DNA of 64,000 nt from an uncultured bacterium (GTDB taxonomy: Bacteria; Patescibacteriota; Minisyncoccia; UBA6257; 2-01-FULL-56-20): positions 751,893 to 815,892 of the forward strand of contig OY970126.1 of NCBI GenBank assembly GCA_963705915.1, written 5' to 3'. A program made the position numbers and the translations under genes. The notes beneath the pieces were generated by a model, which ran no database searches, had not been told where the DNA came from, and saw only the letters and a list, made by a program, of their open reading frames with translations. Below are positions 47,325-57,314 of the stretch, piece after piece (position 1 is the stretch's first letter; each line of letters opens with the position of its first letter).

Positions 47325-47885
47325 ATGTCCTTGAACCAATCTGTTTTTTTGTGGGTCCACCAACTTGCGGGACGGAATGCATGGCTTGATGGGCTCGGTA
47401 TTTTTCTTGCCGACTGGTTTCCCTATTTTCTTGTACTGGGATTTTTAATTTTGGTATTCAAACAGCCGGGGTGGCGGAAGAAACTGTATTGGTTCGCCGA
47501 GGGCGCAATCGCAATCATCATTTCGCGTGGCATCATAACGGAGCTGATTCGTCTTTTCTATCATCATGAACGGCCGTACTCGTTTTATAACTTTGTGCCG
47601 CTCATACAGGCTTCCGGCTGGTCTTTCCCGTCGGGTCACGCCGCATGGTTCTTCGCGATGGCGACTACGATTTTCTATCTCAACAAAAAATGGGGGATTT
47701 GGTTCTACCTGTTCGCATTTATTAACGGCGTTGCGCGTATCTATGTCGGCGTCCATTGGCCGCTTGATATCATAGGCGGCGCTGTTGTTGGTATTGCATC
47801 CGCGATGTTCGTCCATTGGATTTTAAAGAAGAGCAGGGAAGGGATTTACGCAACCGCGAAAAACCCGCAGGGAGATATAATCTGA
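47325..47885 (+). CDS. PAP2 family phosphatase (BcrC-like undecaprenyl-PP phosphatase)
   Basis: ERP, SFPSGH, ARIYVGVHWPLD. Confidence 0.88.
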   Translation: MSLNQSVFLWVHQLAGRNAWLDGLGIFLADWFPYFLVLGFLILVFKQPGWRKKLYWFAEGAIAIIISRGIITELIRLFYHHERPYSFYNFVPLIQASGWSFPSGHAAWFFAMATTIFYLNKKWGIWFYLFAFINGVARIYVGVHWPLDIIGGAVVGIASAMFVHWILKKSREGIYATAKNPQGDII

Positions 47886-47888
47886 ACT

Positions 47889-48521
47889 ATGCACGCACAA
47901 GAAATTCTCGCGCTGTCGGACAAAGAGATTCTCGAAATCGCCGAACAACTGAGGGTTGCCTACAAGCTTAAAAAGACGATCCGATACGCCGGAGCGAGGG
48001 ACCTCTCCGTGCACGGCGAGTCGGTTGCGGAGCACGTTTTTGCGCTTCTTTTTCTCGCCCAATATTTTTTGCCGCTCGAAGATCCGGAAGGGAAAATGGA
48101 TAAGGCAAGAGTCTACGAGATTTTACTCTTCCATGATTTCGGAGAAATCGTGCATGGCGATGTTCCGTATCATCTGAAGAATCAGTCTGACAAAGCTCAG
48201 GAAATGAAAGATGCGGAAGCCGTTTTCAAGGCGCTTCCCAAGATGGTAGGCGAGATCGGAGAAAAGCGATGGAAGGAATATGAAAATCGCGCCACGCCCG
48301 AAGCAGATTTTGTCTACGCCCTCGATAAGATCGAGCCGGTGTTTGAACTTCTCGATCCCGTGAATGAAAAGAGTTTGAAACGGACAAAGTTCACCTATGA
48401 AGCGCACATGAAAAGAAAACAGCAAGCCACCGAGGCCTTTCCTGTTATGCGTAAATTCGTTGATGTTTTGGGTGCCGATATGAAGAGGCGCGGTATTTTT
48501 TGGGAAGGGGAAAAGTTATAG
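47889..48521 (+). CDS. HD-domain hydrolase (YfbR-like)
   Basis: ESVAEH, HDFGE, ALDKIE. Confidence 0.85.
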   Translation: MHAQEILALSDKEILEIAEQLRVAYKLKKTIRYAGARDLSVHGESVAEHVFALLFLAQYFLPLEDPEGKMDKARVYEILLFHDFGEIVHGDVPYHLKNQSDKAQEMKDAEAVFKALPKMVGEIGEKRWKEYENRATPEADFVYALDKIEPVFELLDPVNEKSLKRTKFTYEAHMKRKQQATEAFPVMRKFVDVLGADMKRRGIFWEGEKL

Positions 48522-50402
48522 TTATCCTTTCCTATCCGCAAACTGCGTCTTGTAGAGTTCGGCATAGAGTTTACCGTGTTTGAGTAATTCATCGTGCTTG
48601 CCGCGTTCAACGACGCGGCCTTTTTCGACGACGAGAATCTGGTCGGCGTTACGAATAGTTGAAAGCCGGTGCGCGATCACAAGCGACGTTCGCCCCTTAA
48701 ACGCTTCTTGGAGTGCGCGTTGAATCGCTTGCTCGGATTCCGAATCGAGATGGGCCGTTGCTTCGTCGAGGATCAAAATGTCAGGCGATTTGAGGAGTAA
48801 GCGGGCAATCGCGATGCGTTGCTTTTCGCCGCCCGAAAAACGATAGCCGCGATCGCCGACGAGCGTGTCGAGGCCGTTCGGCAGGGATTCAACGAGCGGT
48901 AAAATCTGCGCGGCGTTCAGAGCTTCCTTCATCTCCGCATCGGTTGCATCGGGTTTTGCATAGAGCAAGTTCGCGCGGATCGTGTCGTGGAACATGTGGG
49001 CGTCTTGGGTCACGACGCCGATCATCGCATGGAGCGAGGCGAGCGTCGCCTCGCGGACGTCGGTGCCGTTCACGCGGACGGTGCCCGACTGGGGATCATA
49101 CAAACGGCCGGCAAGCTGGGAAATCGTTGTTTTCCCGGCGCCCGAAGGTCCGACGAGCGCAGACACGGTTCCCGGTTCGACGTCAAAACTCACGTCGAAC
49201 AATATTTGTTTCTCGGGTGTCCGGGCGAGCGTCGCCACCGATTCCAAAGAAGCAAGCGAAACTTCCTCGGGCCGCGGATAACGGAAATTCACGTGGTCGA
49301 ATTCAATACGTGCCGGCCCGCGCGGCAACGCAATTGCGCCAGGTTTTTCCGCGACCATCGGCGGGAGATCGAGCACTTCGAATACCCGTTCAAAAGAAAC
49401 GAGCGTCGTCATCACGTCAACGTTCACATTTGAAAGCGCCGTGAGCGGTTGGTACAGGCGGGTGAGATAGACGGAAAGTGCAACGAGCGTACCGACGTCA
49501 ATTGCGTTGCGTTCGGCGAGTAGGCCGCCCCAGCCGAAAACCAAAGCCGTTCCAAGCGATGCCGTGATCGTGAGCGCCGTGAAAAAGAATCGCGTGTAGA
49601 TGGATTGGGTGACGCCGATATCCCGCACGCGTCCGGCGCGCGCGTCGAACGACTGCGCATCTTCCTTCGGGCGGCCAAAAAGTTTTGCAAGGAGCGCTCC
49701 CGCGACATTAAATCGTTCAACCATGAGATTATTCATCTCCGCGGCGAGATTGTAACTCTCGCGCGTGATCGCCTGGAGCTTTCTTCCGAACCAACGCGCC
49801 GGAAAAATGAAAATAGGAACGAGCGCCAGCGAAAGGATGGTGAGCTGCCACGAAAGCACGAACATCACGGCGAGGATAGCGACGACGCCCACGATGTTTC
49901 CGATCACTGAGGACAAAATATCGGTGAATGCCTGCTGGGCGCCGGTGACATCGTTATTCAAACGACTCACGAGTGCTCCGGTCTGTGTCCGCGTGAAAAA
50001 TGCGAGCGACATGCTTTGAATATGTTCAAAAACTTGCGTTCGCATATCGAAGACGAGCCCTTGGCCAATCTTCGCAGACATGTACGTTTCGATAAGGCCG
50101 AGACCGGCATCAAAAAGAGAAATGACGACGGCGATGAGCGCGAGCCAGATGATGAGACTTGGCTTATGGTTCAGAATACCCTGATTGATGATTTCGCGGA
50201 AAAGAAGCGGGTTCACAACGCCGATCACCGCATCGATCACAACGAGGATCAAAAATACCGTGAGCAGTTTTCGATATGGTTTTATATAACGAAAAATCCG
50301 CCGCGTCGTTCCCGGCGCGACTTTTTGGTCAGTCACCGATGCGTCGCGGGTGAGCGAGCGCATCGATCCTCGAAATCCTCCTCCTGGTCCTCCTGGGGGC
50401 AT
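48522..50402 (-). CDS. ABC exporter, fused permease/ATPase
   Basis: GPSGAGKT, FSGGEKQR, LILDEATAHLD, IAHRLST. Confidence 0.95.
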   Translation of the reverse strand: MPPGGPGGGFRGSMRSLTRDASVTDQKVAPGTTRRIFRYIKPYRKLLTVFLILVVIDAVIGVVNPLLFREIINQGILNHKPSLIIWLALIAVVISLFDAGLGLIETYMSAKIGQGLVFDMRTQVFEHIQSMSLAFFTRTQTGALVSRLNNDVTGAQQAFTDILSSVIGNIVGVVAILAVMFVLSWQLTILSLALVPIFIFPARWFGRKLQAITRESYNLAAEMNNLMVERFNVAGALLAKLFGRPKEDAQSFDARAGRVRDIGVTQSIYTRFFFTALTITASLGTALVFGWGGLLAERNAIDVGTLVALSVYLTRLYQPLTALSNVNVDVMTTLVSFERVFEVLDLPPMVAEKPGAIALPRGPARIEFDHVNFRYPRPEEVSLASLESVATLARTPEKQILFDVSFDVEPGTVSALVGPSGAGKTTISQLAGRLYDPQSGTVRVNGTDVREATLASLHAMIGVVTQDAHMFHDTIRANLLYAKPDATDAEMKEALNAAQILPLVESLPNGLDTLVGDRGYRFSGGEKQRIAIARLLLKSPDILILDEATAHLDSESEQAIQRALQEAFKGRTSLVIAHRLSTIRNADQILVVEKGRVVERGKHDELLKHGKLYAELYKTQFADRKG

Positions 50403-50420
50403 ATATAAGGTAGTACGAAG

Positions 50421-50612
50421 CTATGAGTCTTTCTGGTTGCGGAGCGCTTCAAGCTCCGCTTTTAGGTTTTGTAATACTTCGACCTGCTCTTCTCGCGCGA
50501 GGTCGTCAAAAATCCCCTCCCAAAATGCAAGTTCTTTTTTATCCTCTCCGTATGGAATCAGTTCTTGAACAACTTCACGAAATTCTTTTTTAATAGGCGT
50601 TGGTTCATCCAT
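50421..50612 (-). CDS. Hypothetical 63-aa acidic protein
   Basis: ORF overlapping the upstream gene in an operon-like run. Confidence 0.55.
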   Translation of the reverse strand: MDEPTPIKKEFREVVQELIPYGEDKKELAFWEGIFDDLAREEQVEVLQNLKAELEALRNQKDS

Positions 50613-51096
50613 TCAGATTGAGAGATAGGGGAGTGTTGTCGAAAAGATTGATGGCGTCCCGGGTCGCTTCTTGGAGTATCACGGTATTCTCGCCAATAAA
50701 ATCCTGACTTGCTTCCAAGAATCGGCGGGTCAACGGCGGAATATTTTTTATGGCAGTCATGGTCAATCGCGTATATTCCGGAGACATGAGTGCGGTTTCC
50801 AAGACTTCGGCCTTGATGGCTTCGTGGTTCATATGGGCCATGGCAAACGTCACCGCAACAATTTTTGCTCCAAATGCTGCCGCGTAACGGATCTTGTCTG
50901 AAGGGCTGGCCTGTTTCAGACTTTCTAGTTTCTGCCTTGTTAATCGTCCAGCCGCTTCGGAGCCGGATAGCTCGATAACTTTCCGCTCCAGATAGCCGAC
51001 CATCACGGCAAACCGTTCTTCGCGAAACGATTCGGCGAGCTCCGGCGATAATTCTCGCGGAGATGAGTTTGGCTCAAATTGTTCCTGGCTCCTCAT
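50605..51096 (-). CDS. Hypothetical protein
   Basis: ATGA coupling with the mscL stop. Confidence 0.65.
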   Translation of the reverse strand: MRSQEQFEPNSSPRELSPELAESFREERFAVMVGYLERKVIELSGSEAAGRLTRQKLESLKQASPSDKIRYAAAFGAKIVAVTFAMAHMNHEAIKAEVLETALMSPEYTRLTMTAIKNIPPLTRRFLEASQDFIGENTVILQEATRDAINLFDNTPLSLNLNG

Positions 51097-51512
51097 TTCT
51101 TCATACTATCGCTCGTAAGCTTTGCAGTGCAATAGGCGCAGCGGGTTGCTTTGATCGGAATGCTTGAAAGGCATTGCGGACATTGCTTGGTCGTCGCCTC
51201 CGGCGGCGGGCCCTTTTGCATCCGCGATTGCAATTTATTCATCGGCAAGACAACAAAGAAATAAATAGTGAAGGCGAGGATGACAAACGAAATGAGGTTA
51301 TTCAGGAAGTCGCCGTACGAAAACTGGCTGCCGTGGATCGTAAACGTGAGGTTGCCGAAATTCGGTTGGGTGGCGATGGCCGCGATGAGCGGCGTCATCA
51401 GGTCTTTCACGAGGGCATTCACGACATTGTTGAATGCAGCCCCAACCATAATACCGACCGCAAGATCGATGACGTTGCCGCGCAAGATGAATTGCTTGAA
51501 GCCTTTAAGCAC
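51093..51512 (-). CDS. mscL: Large-conductance mechanosensitive channel
   Basis: FKQFILRGNVIDLAVG, YGDFL; C-terminal CxxC...CxxC. Confidence 0.95.
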   Translation of the reverse strand: MLKGFKQFILRGNVIDLAVGIMVGAAFNNVVNALVKDLMTPLIAAIATQPNFGNLTFTIHGSQFSYGDFLNNLISFVILAFTIYFFVVLPMNKLQSRMQKGPPPEATTKQCPQCLSSIPIKATRCAYCTAKLTSDSMKK

Positions 51513-51535
51513 TATTCAATTATAGCCAACAAGGA

Positions 51536-52543
51536 TTAAAGTCGGAAGCCGAACTGCGTCTGGAGGAATTGCAGAAGCTGCTGCGGAGGGAGCGAACCGC
51601 GCCAAATGGTGATCGTCTGGCCTGGACCACCAGGGGTCACGCTCACGCTCGTACTTGTGTTCACGCGCGAACGGCCATAGCCGCCAACACCAACGCCCAC
51701 GCGATGCCATCGCCCGCTGCCGTTGCCCAAGAATCCACGCGTGCCACCTGAGGCCGTTGCAGGGTTCGCCGTGCGCGTGATACTGAAGCTTGCACCATCG
51801 CTCGCAAGCGATGATGGGGAAGCAAGTGCCGCGCCACCCTGCGTGATCATCGTCATCGGTTGGGCGCTTGTCTGGGCAATCGTTTCACTCACGCCGTCAC
51901 GCGTAGCCGATCCGTTCGTGAATGAGATGGTGCCAAAGTTGTCGAGGGGTAGCATGCCAACATTCGCCGTCGGCATTTCTTCGATCCATTCCGCAGATGA
52001 TTCGTCGGAATTATATGAGAGCGACGTCTCATATGTGCCGCCGGTCGTTGTGTCATCAAAAGAAATTTGCCACACGCCTGCCGACGTCTGCGTGAGTGAA
52101 ACGCTTATGGAATCGCCGGCGTGCACCGGGAGCGAAATCGTTTGCATGTCCTGCGGCAAAAGTTCATACCACGCTGCGTAGCTCACGCTGCCGTCGCGAT
52201 TCGTGACCGCTTGCGTGCCTGCCTGGATGAGGCTGTGGCTTGTGACGCCGCCGATGCCGACCCATGTTGCGTCTGCCATCGTGCTGCTTGCACTCGCAAC
52301 GTTAGGAACGGTCCATGTGCCCGAGACGCCAGTGAACGGACCCTGCGTTGAGACATAGCCCGACCAATTGAGCGACGTGTTTGTATTCACTCCGGAATTC
52401 GGTGCGCTTGGCGTGGTCACTACCGGAGTCACCGGTGGCGTCCATTGAAACTGGAAGAACGACGGGAATGGTGCCGCAGATGTTACCAAAGGAATAGCTC
52501 CGGCAATCAATGAGACTACCAGGATTTTTTTGAACGTATTCAT
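51536..52543 (-). CDS. Secreted G1 family glutamic peptidase
   Basis: SLNWSGY, WVGIGG, LIQAGT, SAEWIEE. Confidence 0.88.
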   Translation of the reverse strand: MNTFKKILVVSLIAGAIPLVTSAAPFPSFFQFQWTPPVTPVVTTPSAPNSGVNTNTSLNWSGYVSTQGPFTGVSGTWTVPNVASASSTMADATWVGIGGVTSHSLIQAGTQAVTNRDGSVSYAAWYELLPQDMQTISLPVHAGDSISVSLTQTSAGVWQISFDDTTTGGTYETSLSYNSDESSAEWIEEMPTANVGMLPLDNFGTISFTNGSATRDGVSETIAQTSAQPMTMITQGGAALASPSSLASDGASFSITRTANPATASGGTRGFLGNGSGRWHRVGVGVGGYGRSRVNTSTSVSVTPGGPGQTITIWRGSLPPQQLLQFLQTQFGFRL

Positions 52544-52619
52544 GATTTGTTATACGCTACAGAGCTGAAATTTGTTTCAAAGTCGGGGTTTTTTTCGTAT
52601 AAAACCACATAGCAAGAAG

Positions 52620-52808
52620 ATGCCAAGAAAATATAGCAAACGATCACAGCAAAAAGTGAAGCGCGCGATGCACGAAATGGAGCGTGGCACGCTGAAGAGT
52701 GGTCATAGCGGGAAAACCGTGCGGAGCCGCAAGCAAGCGATCGCCATCGGCCTTTCCGAAGCGCGCCGTGAAGGCGCGAAGGTGCCGAAAAAAGTTGTGC
52801 ACCATTGA
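52620..52808 (+). CDS. Small basic protein (DUF6496-like)
   Basis: KVKRAMHE..GTLKSG...SRKQAIAIGLSEARR. Confidence 0.8.
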   Translation: MPRKYSKRSQQKVKRAMHEMERGTLKSGHSGKTVRSRKQAIAIGLSEARREGAKVPKKVVHH

Positions 52809-52851
52809 CCGTACGCCGCAACGGGGGAGAATAAATAGAGGAGGAGAGCTA

Positions 52852-53202
52852 ATGGCTGTTAGGCAGAGCAAGCACCATTACATTCCACGATCTCGCGGAG
52901 GTAGCAACGGACCGAACACGACACTGATTCCCCACGGTATCCATACTGCTTGGCACCACCTTTTTTACAATCTGTATCCTTGGGAAATCATGCAAGAAAT
53001 TGCCGCGGACCACTATGATCTCGCGCGTTTGAGTCAGGGCAGACAGGAATCTTGGCGTATGGTTTTTGGCATCAAATCCAAAGAGGCAGCCATCGCATAC
53101 GTTCGCAAGGAGTGGTTCCCACCCGATGACTATCTGCATGAATTCCTAGCAGAGCACCAGCTCACTTTTGAAGATATCTTTTCGACCGCCTGCTCTGTCT
53201 GA
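52852..53202 (+). CDS. HNH-like small protein
   Basis: HHYIPRSRGGS..N......H.AWH.LF; SD GAGGAGG; promoter TTGACC-N17-GAGAAT possible. Confidence 0.6.
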   Translation: MAVRQSKHHYIPRSRGGSNGPNTTLIPHGIHTAWHHLFYNLYPWEIMQEIAADHYDLARLSQGRQESWRMVFGIKSKEAAIAYVRKEWFPPDDYLHEFLAEHQLTFEDIFSTACSV

Positions 53203-53303
53203 CCCGTACCTGCGCGGACGTCCCAACGTCCGCGCTTTTCTAAACATTAAATTTTGATTAAAAGAAGCTTTTATTTTTCTTTGAATATCCTTACGATGAA
53301 AGT

Positions 53304-54287
53304 ATGGATAATGAACGAATTCGTTTTCCCCGCGGTGGACAAAAAAGATTTTTGGATCAGGCAATAGCGCGTGCTTCCGGAGTGGATAAACTCGCGCAAT
53401 TTTTATCGGTTTCATCCCGAACCGTGCGGGATTGGAGACGAGAGAAATTTCTTATGGCTTATGAGGCGGCATCGATAACGGCGTTGATGTACGAACTTGA
53501 GATGCCTGATGGGGTGAGGCGCGAAACGGCTTACTGGAATGTTTCTAACGCTGGCAGAACAGGTGGCCCCGCCTCATATAAGAAGCAAAAAGGAATTATT
53601 GGCGACCCTTTATTGAGAAAGCAGAGATGGCATGAATGGTGGGAGTTAAACAAGCACCGCAGTCATTTTCCATGCCATCAATTGCCTTTCCATGAGCCTG
53701 ACCTATCAGTTCTCTTGGCTGAATTTATAGGTATCATGATGGGGGATGGAGGCATGACTGCCAGACAATTCACAATAAGCCTGCATCATATAGATGATCT
53801 TGCTTACAGTAAATTTGTTACTGCTTTGATTGAGCAGCTTTTTCATATTGCTCCTTCAATTCGCCATATACCAAAAAATTCAGTGAATATAATAGTAGTT
53901 TCTCGAACGAAATTAATGCATTATTTGCATGGACTTGGATTGCCTCTTGGGAATAAAGTAAAACAAAATTTTACTATTCCCCAGTGGATACAAGAGAACG
54001 AAGAATTTATGGCTGGGTGCGTCCGTGGGCTCGTCGATACCGATGGAAGTATTTTCAATCATGAATATGCGTCGAATGGAAAGCAGTATTCATATAAGAA
54101 GCTTTCATTTTCATCCGCATCGCTGCCACTTCGAGAGGTCGTACAACTGTTTCTAGAAAATCATGGTTTTCATGCGCGTTTTACACGAGGTATAGAAATT
54201 CGTCTTGAAAGCAAAAAGGATATGGAACACTATATGAAGTTCATTGGCTCACATAATCCAAAGCACTTGAACAGATATTATAACTAG
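53304..54287 (+). CDS. Stand-alone double-motif LAGLIDADG endonuclease-like protein with N-terminal HTH
   Basis: LAEFIGIMMGDGG and VRGLVDTDGS; LAQFLSVSSRTVRDW HTH; visibly more AT-rich than flanks. Confidence 0.85.
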   Translation: MDNERIRFPRGGQKRFLDQAIARASGVDKLAQFLSVSSRTVRDWRREKFLMAYEAASITALMYELEMPDGVRRETAYWNVSNAGRTGGPASYKKQKGIIGDPLLRKQRWHEWWELNKHRSHFPCHQLPFHEPDLSVLLAEFIGIMMGDGGMTARQFTISLHHIDDLAYSKFVTALIEQLFHIAPSIRHIPKNSVNIIVVSRTKLMHYLHGLGLPLGNKVKQNFTIPQWIQENEEFMAGCVRGLVDTDGSIFNHEYASNGKQYSYKKLSFSSASLPLREVVQLFLENHGFHARFTRGIEIRLESKKDMEHYMKFIGSHNPKHLNRYYN

Positions 54288-54316
54288 GTTATCTTATGTG
54301 GGATGGTATAAAATTG

Positions 54317-54403
54317 GGAGACGTGGGTGAGTGGCTTAAACCAAATTCCTGCTAAGAATTTAGGGGAGAAATCCCCTCGAAGGTTCGAATCCTTCCGTCT
54401 CCG
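54317..54403 (+). tRNA. tRNA-Ser(GCT)
   Basis: GGAGACG/CGTCTCC; AATTC-CTGCTAA-GAATT; long variable arm; GGTTCGAATCC. Confidence 0.95.
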
Positions 54404-54411
54404 CCCGATAT

Positions 54412-54897
54412 TTATGTGCTTGCCAAATACTTCTCAAGCTTATCGAACTGTTGATTGAATCCCATCTCCATGCCCTCTATTGCCATTTTGGCATCGGGTC
54501 CGATTTTATTCACCGTGATTTTTAATGCCATTTTAGTCTTGCCGTTCTCTTCCGTGAAGGCGATGTCTTGCACCTGATCGATCTTGGTAGTTTTCTCCGC
54601 GCCTTCGGTCCAGGCTTTTACGGCATAGGAAAGTTTTGCATGTGGCTCTACCGCGGTGAACGTCCCTTCCATCGGCCACCGTGTACCTTTATATTGGCCC
54701 ATCCCTTCGCCGGCTTCCATGACGATGTAAATTCTTCCGCCCACGCGGAGGTCTACTTCGCACTCCGGGATGCTCACATTGTTCGGTCCCCACCACTTCT
54801 TGAGTTCGGACGGATCTGTCCATGCTTTCCACACGCGCTCCGGCTTGGCGTTTAGGACTCGCGAGAACGTAACTTCTTTTTTGTTTTCTGTAGCCAT
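54412..54897 (-). CDS. SRPBCC/AHSA1 domain protein
   Basis: ERVWKAWTDP..LKKWWGP, DLRVGG. Confidence 0.9.
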   Translation of the reverse strand: MATENKKEVTFSRVLNAKPERVWKAWTDPSELKKWWGPNNVSIPECEVDLRVGGRIYIVMEAGEGMGQYKGTRWPMEGTFTAVEPHAKLSYAVKAWTEGAEKTTKIDQVQDIAFTEENGKTKMALKITVNKIGPDAKMAIEGMEMGFNQQFDKLEKYLAST

Positions 54898-54907
54898 ATA
54901 TCTTATT

Positions 54908-56200
54908 CTACGCGCTCACGGTGACTTTTGTCACGCTAAAAATGCTTTTCAATGAATAATGGTCCGAGAATGGTATATCATCGCCGTTTTGCACATACGG
55001 GTCGCGCATGATGTAATTGCCCTTGCTTCCCGAAACGAGGACAACATAATGCGTGCCGCCATAAGCGTTCAGACCGACGATTACCGGATTGCCGGTTGCA
55101 AGCGTCGCGTCGATCGCCGAAGTTGTGCGCGTTGCGTTCACGCCGTCAACATTGATCGTCACCAAGAGATACGCAGGGTAGTATGCCGCAAAATTCCCGG
55201 GATTTGAATTGATGGTGACCGGTGTCACATTGCGGTAGCCGTAGTGGGTGAGCACCATCGCCATCGAGGTCACGAGACAGCCGTCGCTTGCGAGCGTATA
55301 TTTTGTGCCGTTCAGCTTGTCGGTGCCCCATGCGGAGTCGCGCTGATTGTAATAACAGCCCCACGCGTCACAGACGGTTTCATTGCCGAGAGCGCCCGAT
55401 CCGCCGGCGTTTTGCGTGAACGCCGAGAAGCTTTGGAGTTGCGCTTCGGCGGCGGCCAATAATTTTTCGTACGTCGATTCTTGGGCGTTCGTCTCGGTGA
55501 GGAGCTGGTTTTTTGATTGTACCGTTGCGGAGAGCGTTTGTTGTTGCGATGTGAGCGACTGTTGTTGGGAGGTTAACGTTGCCTGTTTTTGCTGTGAAGC
55601 AGTTTCGGAACTGCTCAGCGAACTTTCCTGCTCCTTTAATATGTTCATATTGTTCTGTACGGCGTCTTGGATTTGGAGGTTGGCGTTCACATCGCTCCAG
55701 GCGTCCGCAAGGTTATCCGATGAAAGCACTTGCATGAAGAGTGGCTGACCGTCTGATTTCTGGAGGCTCACGAGATACGCGCCAAGCGATGCCTGATCGC
55801 TCGCGATCGTTGCTTGCGTGTTTGTGATTTCGCCGCCGATCTGCTGGATTTGCAATTGCGTCACGTTGATTTGTTTTTCCGTCACGGCGACTTGCGTTTG
55901 GATCTGGCTGCGCTGCAGGTCAAGCGCATTGATGGCGGCTTGTAGCGTCTTTTTATTCGCGCCCACCTGCTGAAGCTCTTGCTGGTACGTTGCGATCTGC
56001 TGATTGAGCGTTGCGATCTGCTGGTTGTTGGCATCAATCTGCGACTGGAGTGAGCTTGAACTGTTCGCGCCTGCGTCAGTTGTGCTGGCGGGAGAGAGTT
56101 GTGCAAATACGTTCGTAACAAAAAGATTCCCCGCAACAATGATCGCGGCGAACGTCAAAATACATAGCGCCACAAAACGAGCCTTTGACATTTTCATCAT
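54908..56200 (-). CDS. Secreted PcsB-like coiled coil fused to a C39-like peptidase domain
   Basis: Signal peptide; Gln-rich coil; YYNQRD, GCLVTSMAM, HYVV, RDP. Confidence 0.8.
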   Translation of the reverse strand: MMKMSKARFVALCILTFAAIIVAGNLFVTNVFAQLSPASTTDAGANSSSSLQSQIDANNQQIATLNQQIATYQQELQQVGANKKTLQAAINALDLQRSQIQTQVAVTEKQINVTQLQIQQIGGEITNTQATIASDQASLGAYLVSLQKSDGQPLFMQVLSSDNLADAWSDVNANLQIQDAVQNNMNILKEQESSLSSSETASQQKQATLTSQQQSLTSQQQTLSATVQSKNQLLTETNAQESTYEKLLAAAEAQLQSFSAFTQNAGGSGALGNETVCDAWGCYYNQRDSAWGTDKLNGTKYTLASDGCLVTSMAMVLTHYGYRNVTPVTINSNPGNFAAYYPAYLLVTINVDGVNATRTTSAIDATLATGNPVIVGLNAYGGTHYVVLVSGSKGNYIMRDPYVQNGDDIPFSDHYSLKSIFSVTKVTVSA

Positions 56201-56252
56201 TTTATCATAATTTCCGACAAAAATCTTTTTTCAAAAATGGTATAATACTCGG

Positions 56253-57248
56253 ATGACACATAAAGCAACATTTTTTAACTGTGAGCGTTGGGGCGATTCG
56301 GCAAAAGATTATTTGCGGTCGAGCGAGAAATTAAAGGCGGCAGGCGTAGACGTTGGTTTCGAAGATTGCACCGTGACGCCGCAGCAGGTTCCCGCAAATA
56401 AAGACTTCGACATTCTTGGAGTGTTCATGGATTCAACGATCAACGCAGCGACGATCGCATCGCTGCCCGACATAAAGTTTATTACAACACTCTCGACGGG
56501 TTTCGATCATATTGACGTGAAAGCGGCTGCTGCGCGCAGTATTCCGGTTTCGTCCGTTCCGGCGTATGGCGAGAATACCGTTGCAGAATTCGCCTTCGCA
56601 TTACTCCTTTCGCTTTCGAGAAAAATTTGCGAAGCGCGCGACCGCGTGCGTATTGAGAAAAAATTCACAACCGAAGGTCTTACGGGTTTTGATCTCGCCG
56701 GCAAAACGCTTGGCGTCGTGGGCACCGGCCGCATCGGCAAACATGCGGTGCGCATGGGCAAAGGGTTTAATATGAATATCATCGCGTACGATGTGTACCA
56801 CGACGACGCCTTTGCCGCGCAGATGGGATTCCCGTACGTTTCACTCGAAGAGCTGCTCGCCAAGAGCGACGTGATCACGATCCACGCGCCGTATCTTCCA
56901 TCCACCCATCACCTCATCAACGCCTCGAATGTCGGGCTCATCAAAAAAGGCGCGTACCTCATTAACACCGCTCGCGGTGCGATCGTTGAAACACCGGCAT
57001 TGCTCAGCGCTTTGAAGAGCGGACAACTTGGCGGCGCGGGCCTCGACGTGCTCGAAGAAGAAAACGAGATGAAAGGAGGTAATATTGACGTTGAAAAAGA
57101 CCTACTTGCCATGCCGAATGTGATCGTGACGCCGCATAATGCGTTCAACACCAAAGAAGCATTCTTGCGCATCCTCGATACGACGATCGACAACATTGTT
57201 GCCTACGTAAACGGTGCGCCGATCAATGTGGTCAAAGAGGCTGCGTAG
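56253..57248 (+). CDS. D-2-hydroxyacid dehydrogenase (D-lactate dehydrogenase-like)
   Basis: STGFDHID, VAEF, GTGRIG, INTARG, TPHNAF. Confidence 0.9.
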   Translation: MTHKATFFNCERWGDSAKDYLRSSEKLKAAGVDVGFEDCTVTPQQVPANKDFDILGVFMDSTINAATIASLPDIKFITTLSTGFDHIDVKAAAARSIPVSSVPAYGENTVAEFAFALLLSLSRKICEARDRVRIEKKFTTEGLTGFDLAGKTLGVVGTGRIGKHAVRMGKGFNMNIIAYDVYHDDAFAAQMGFPYVSLEELLAKSDVITIHAPYLPSTHHLINASNVGLIKKGAYLINTARGAIVETPALLSALKSGQLGGAGLDVLEEENEMKGGNIDVEKDLLAMPNVIVTPHNAFNTKEAFLRILDTTIDNIVAYVNGAPINVVKEAA

Positions 57249-57314
57249 GTTTGTTTTAATCGATTTTTAATGATAGAATAGGGGGTATTCGGAATTCATG
57301 AATTTCTCACCCCT

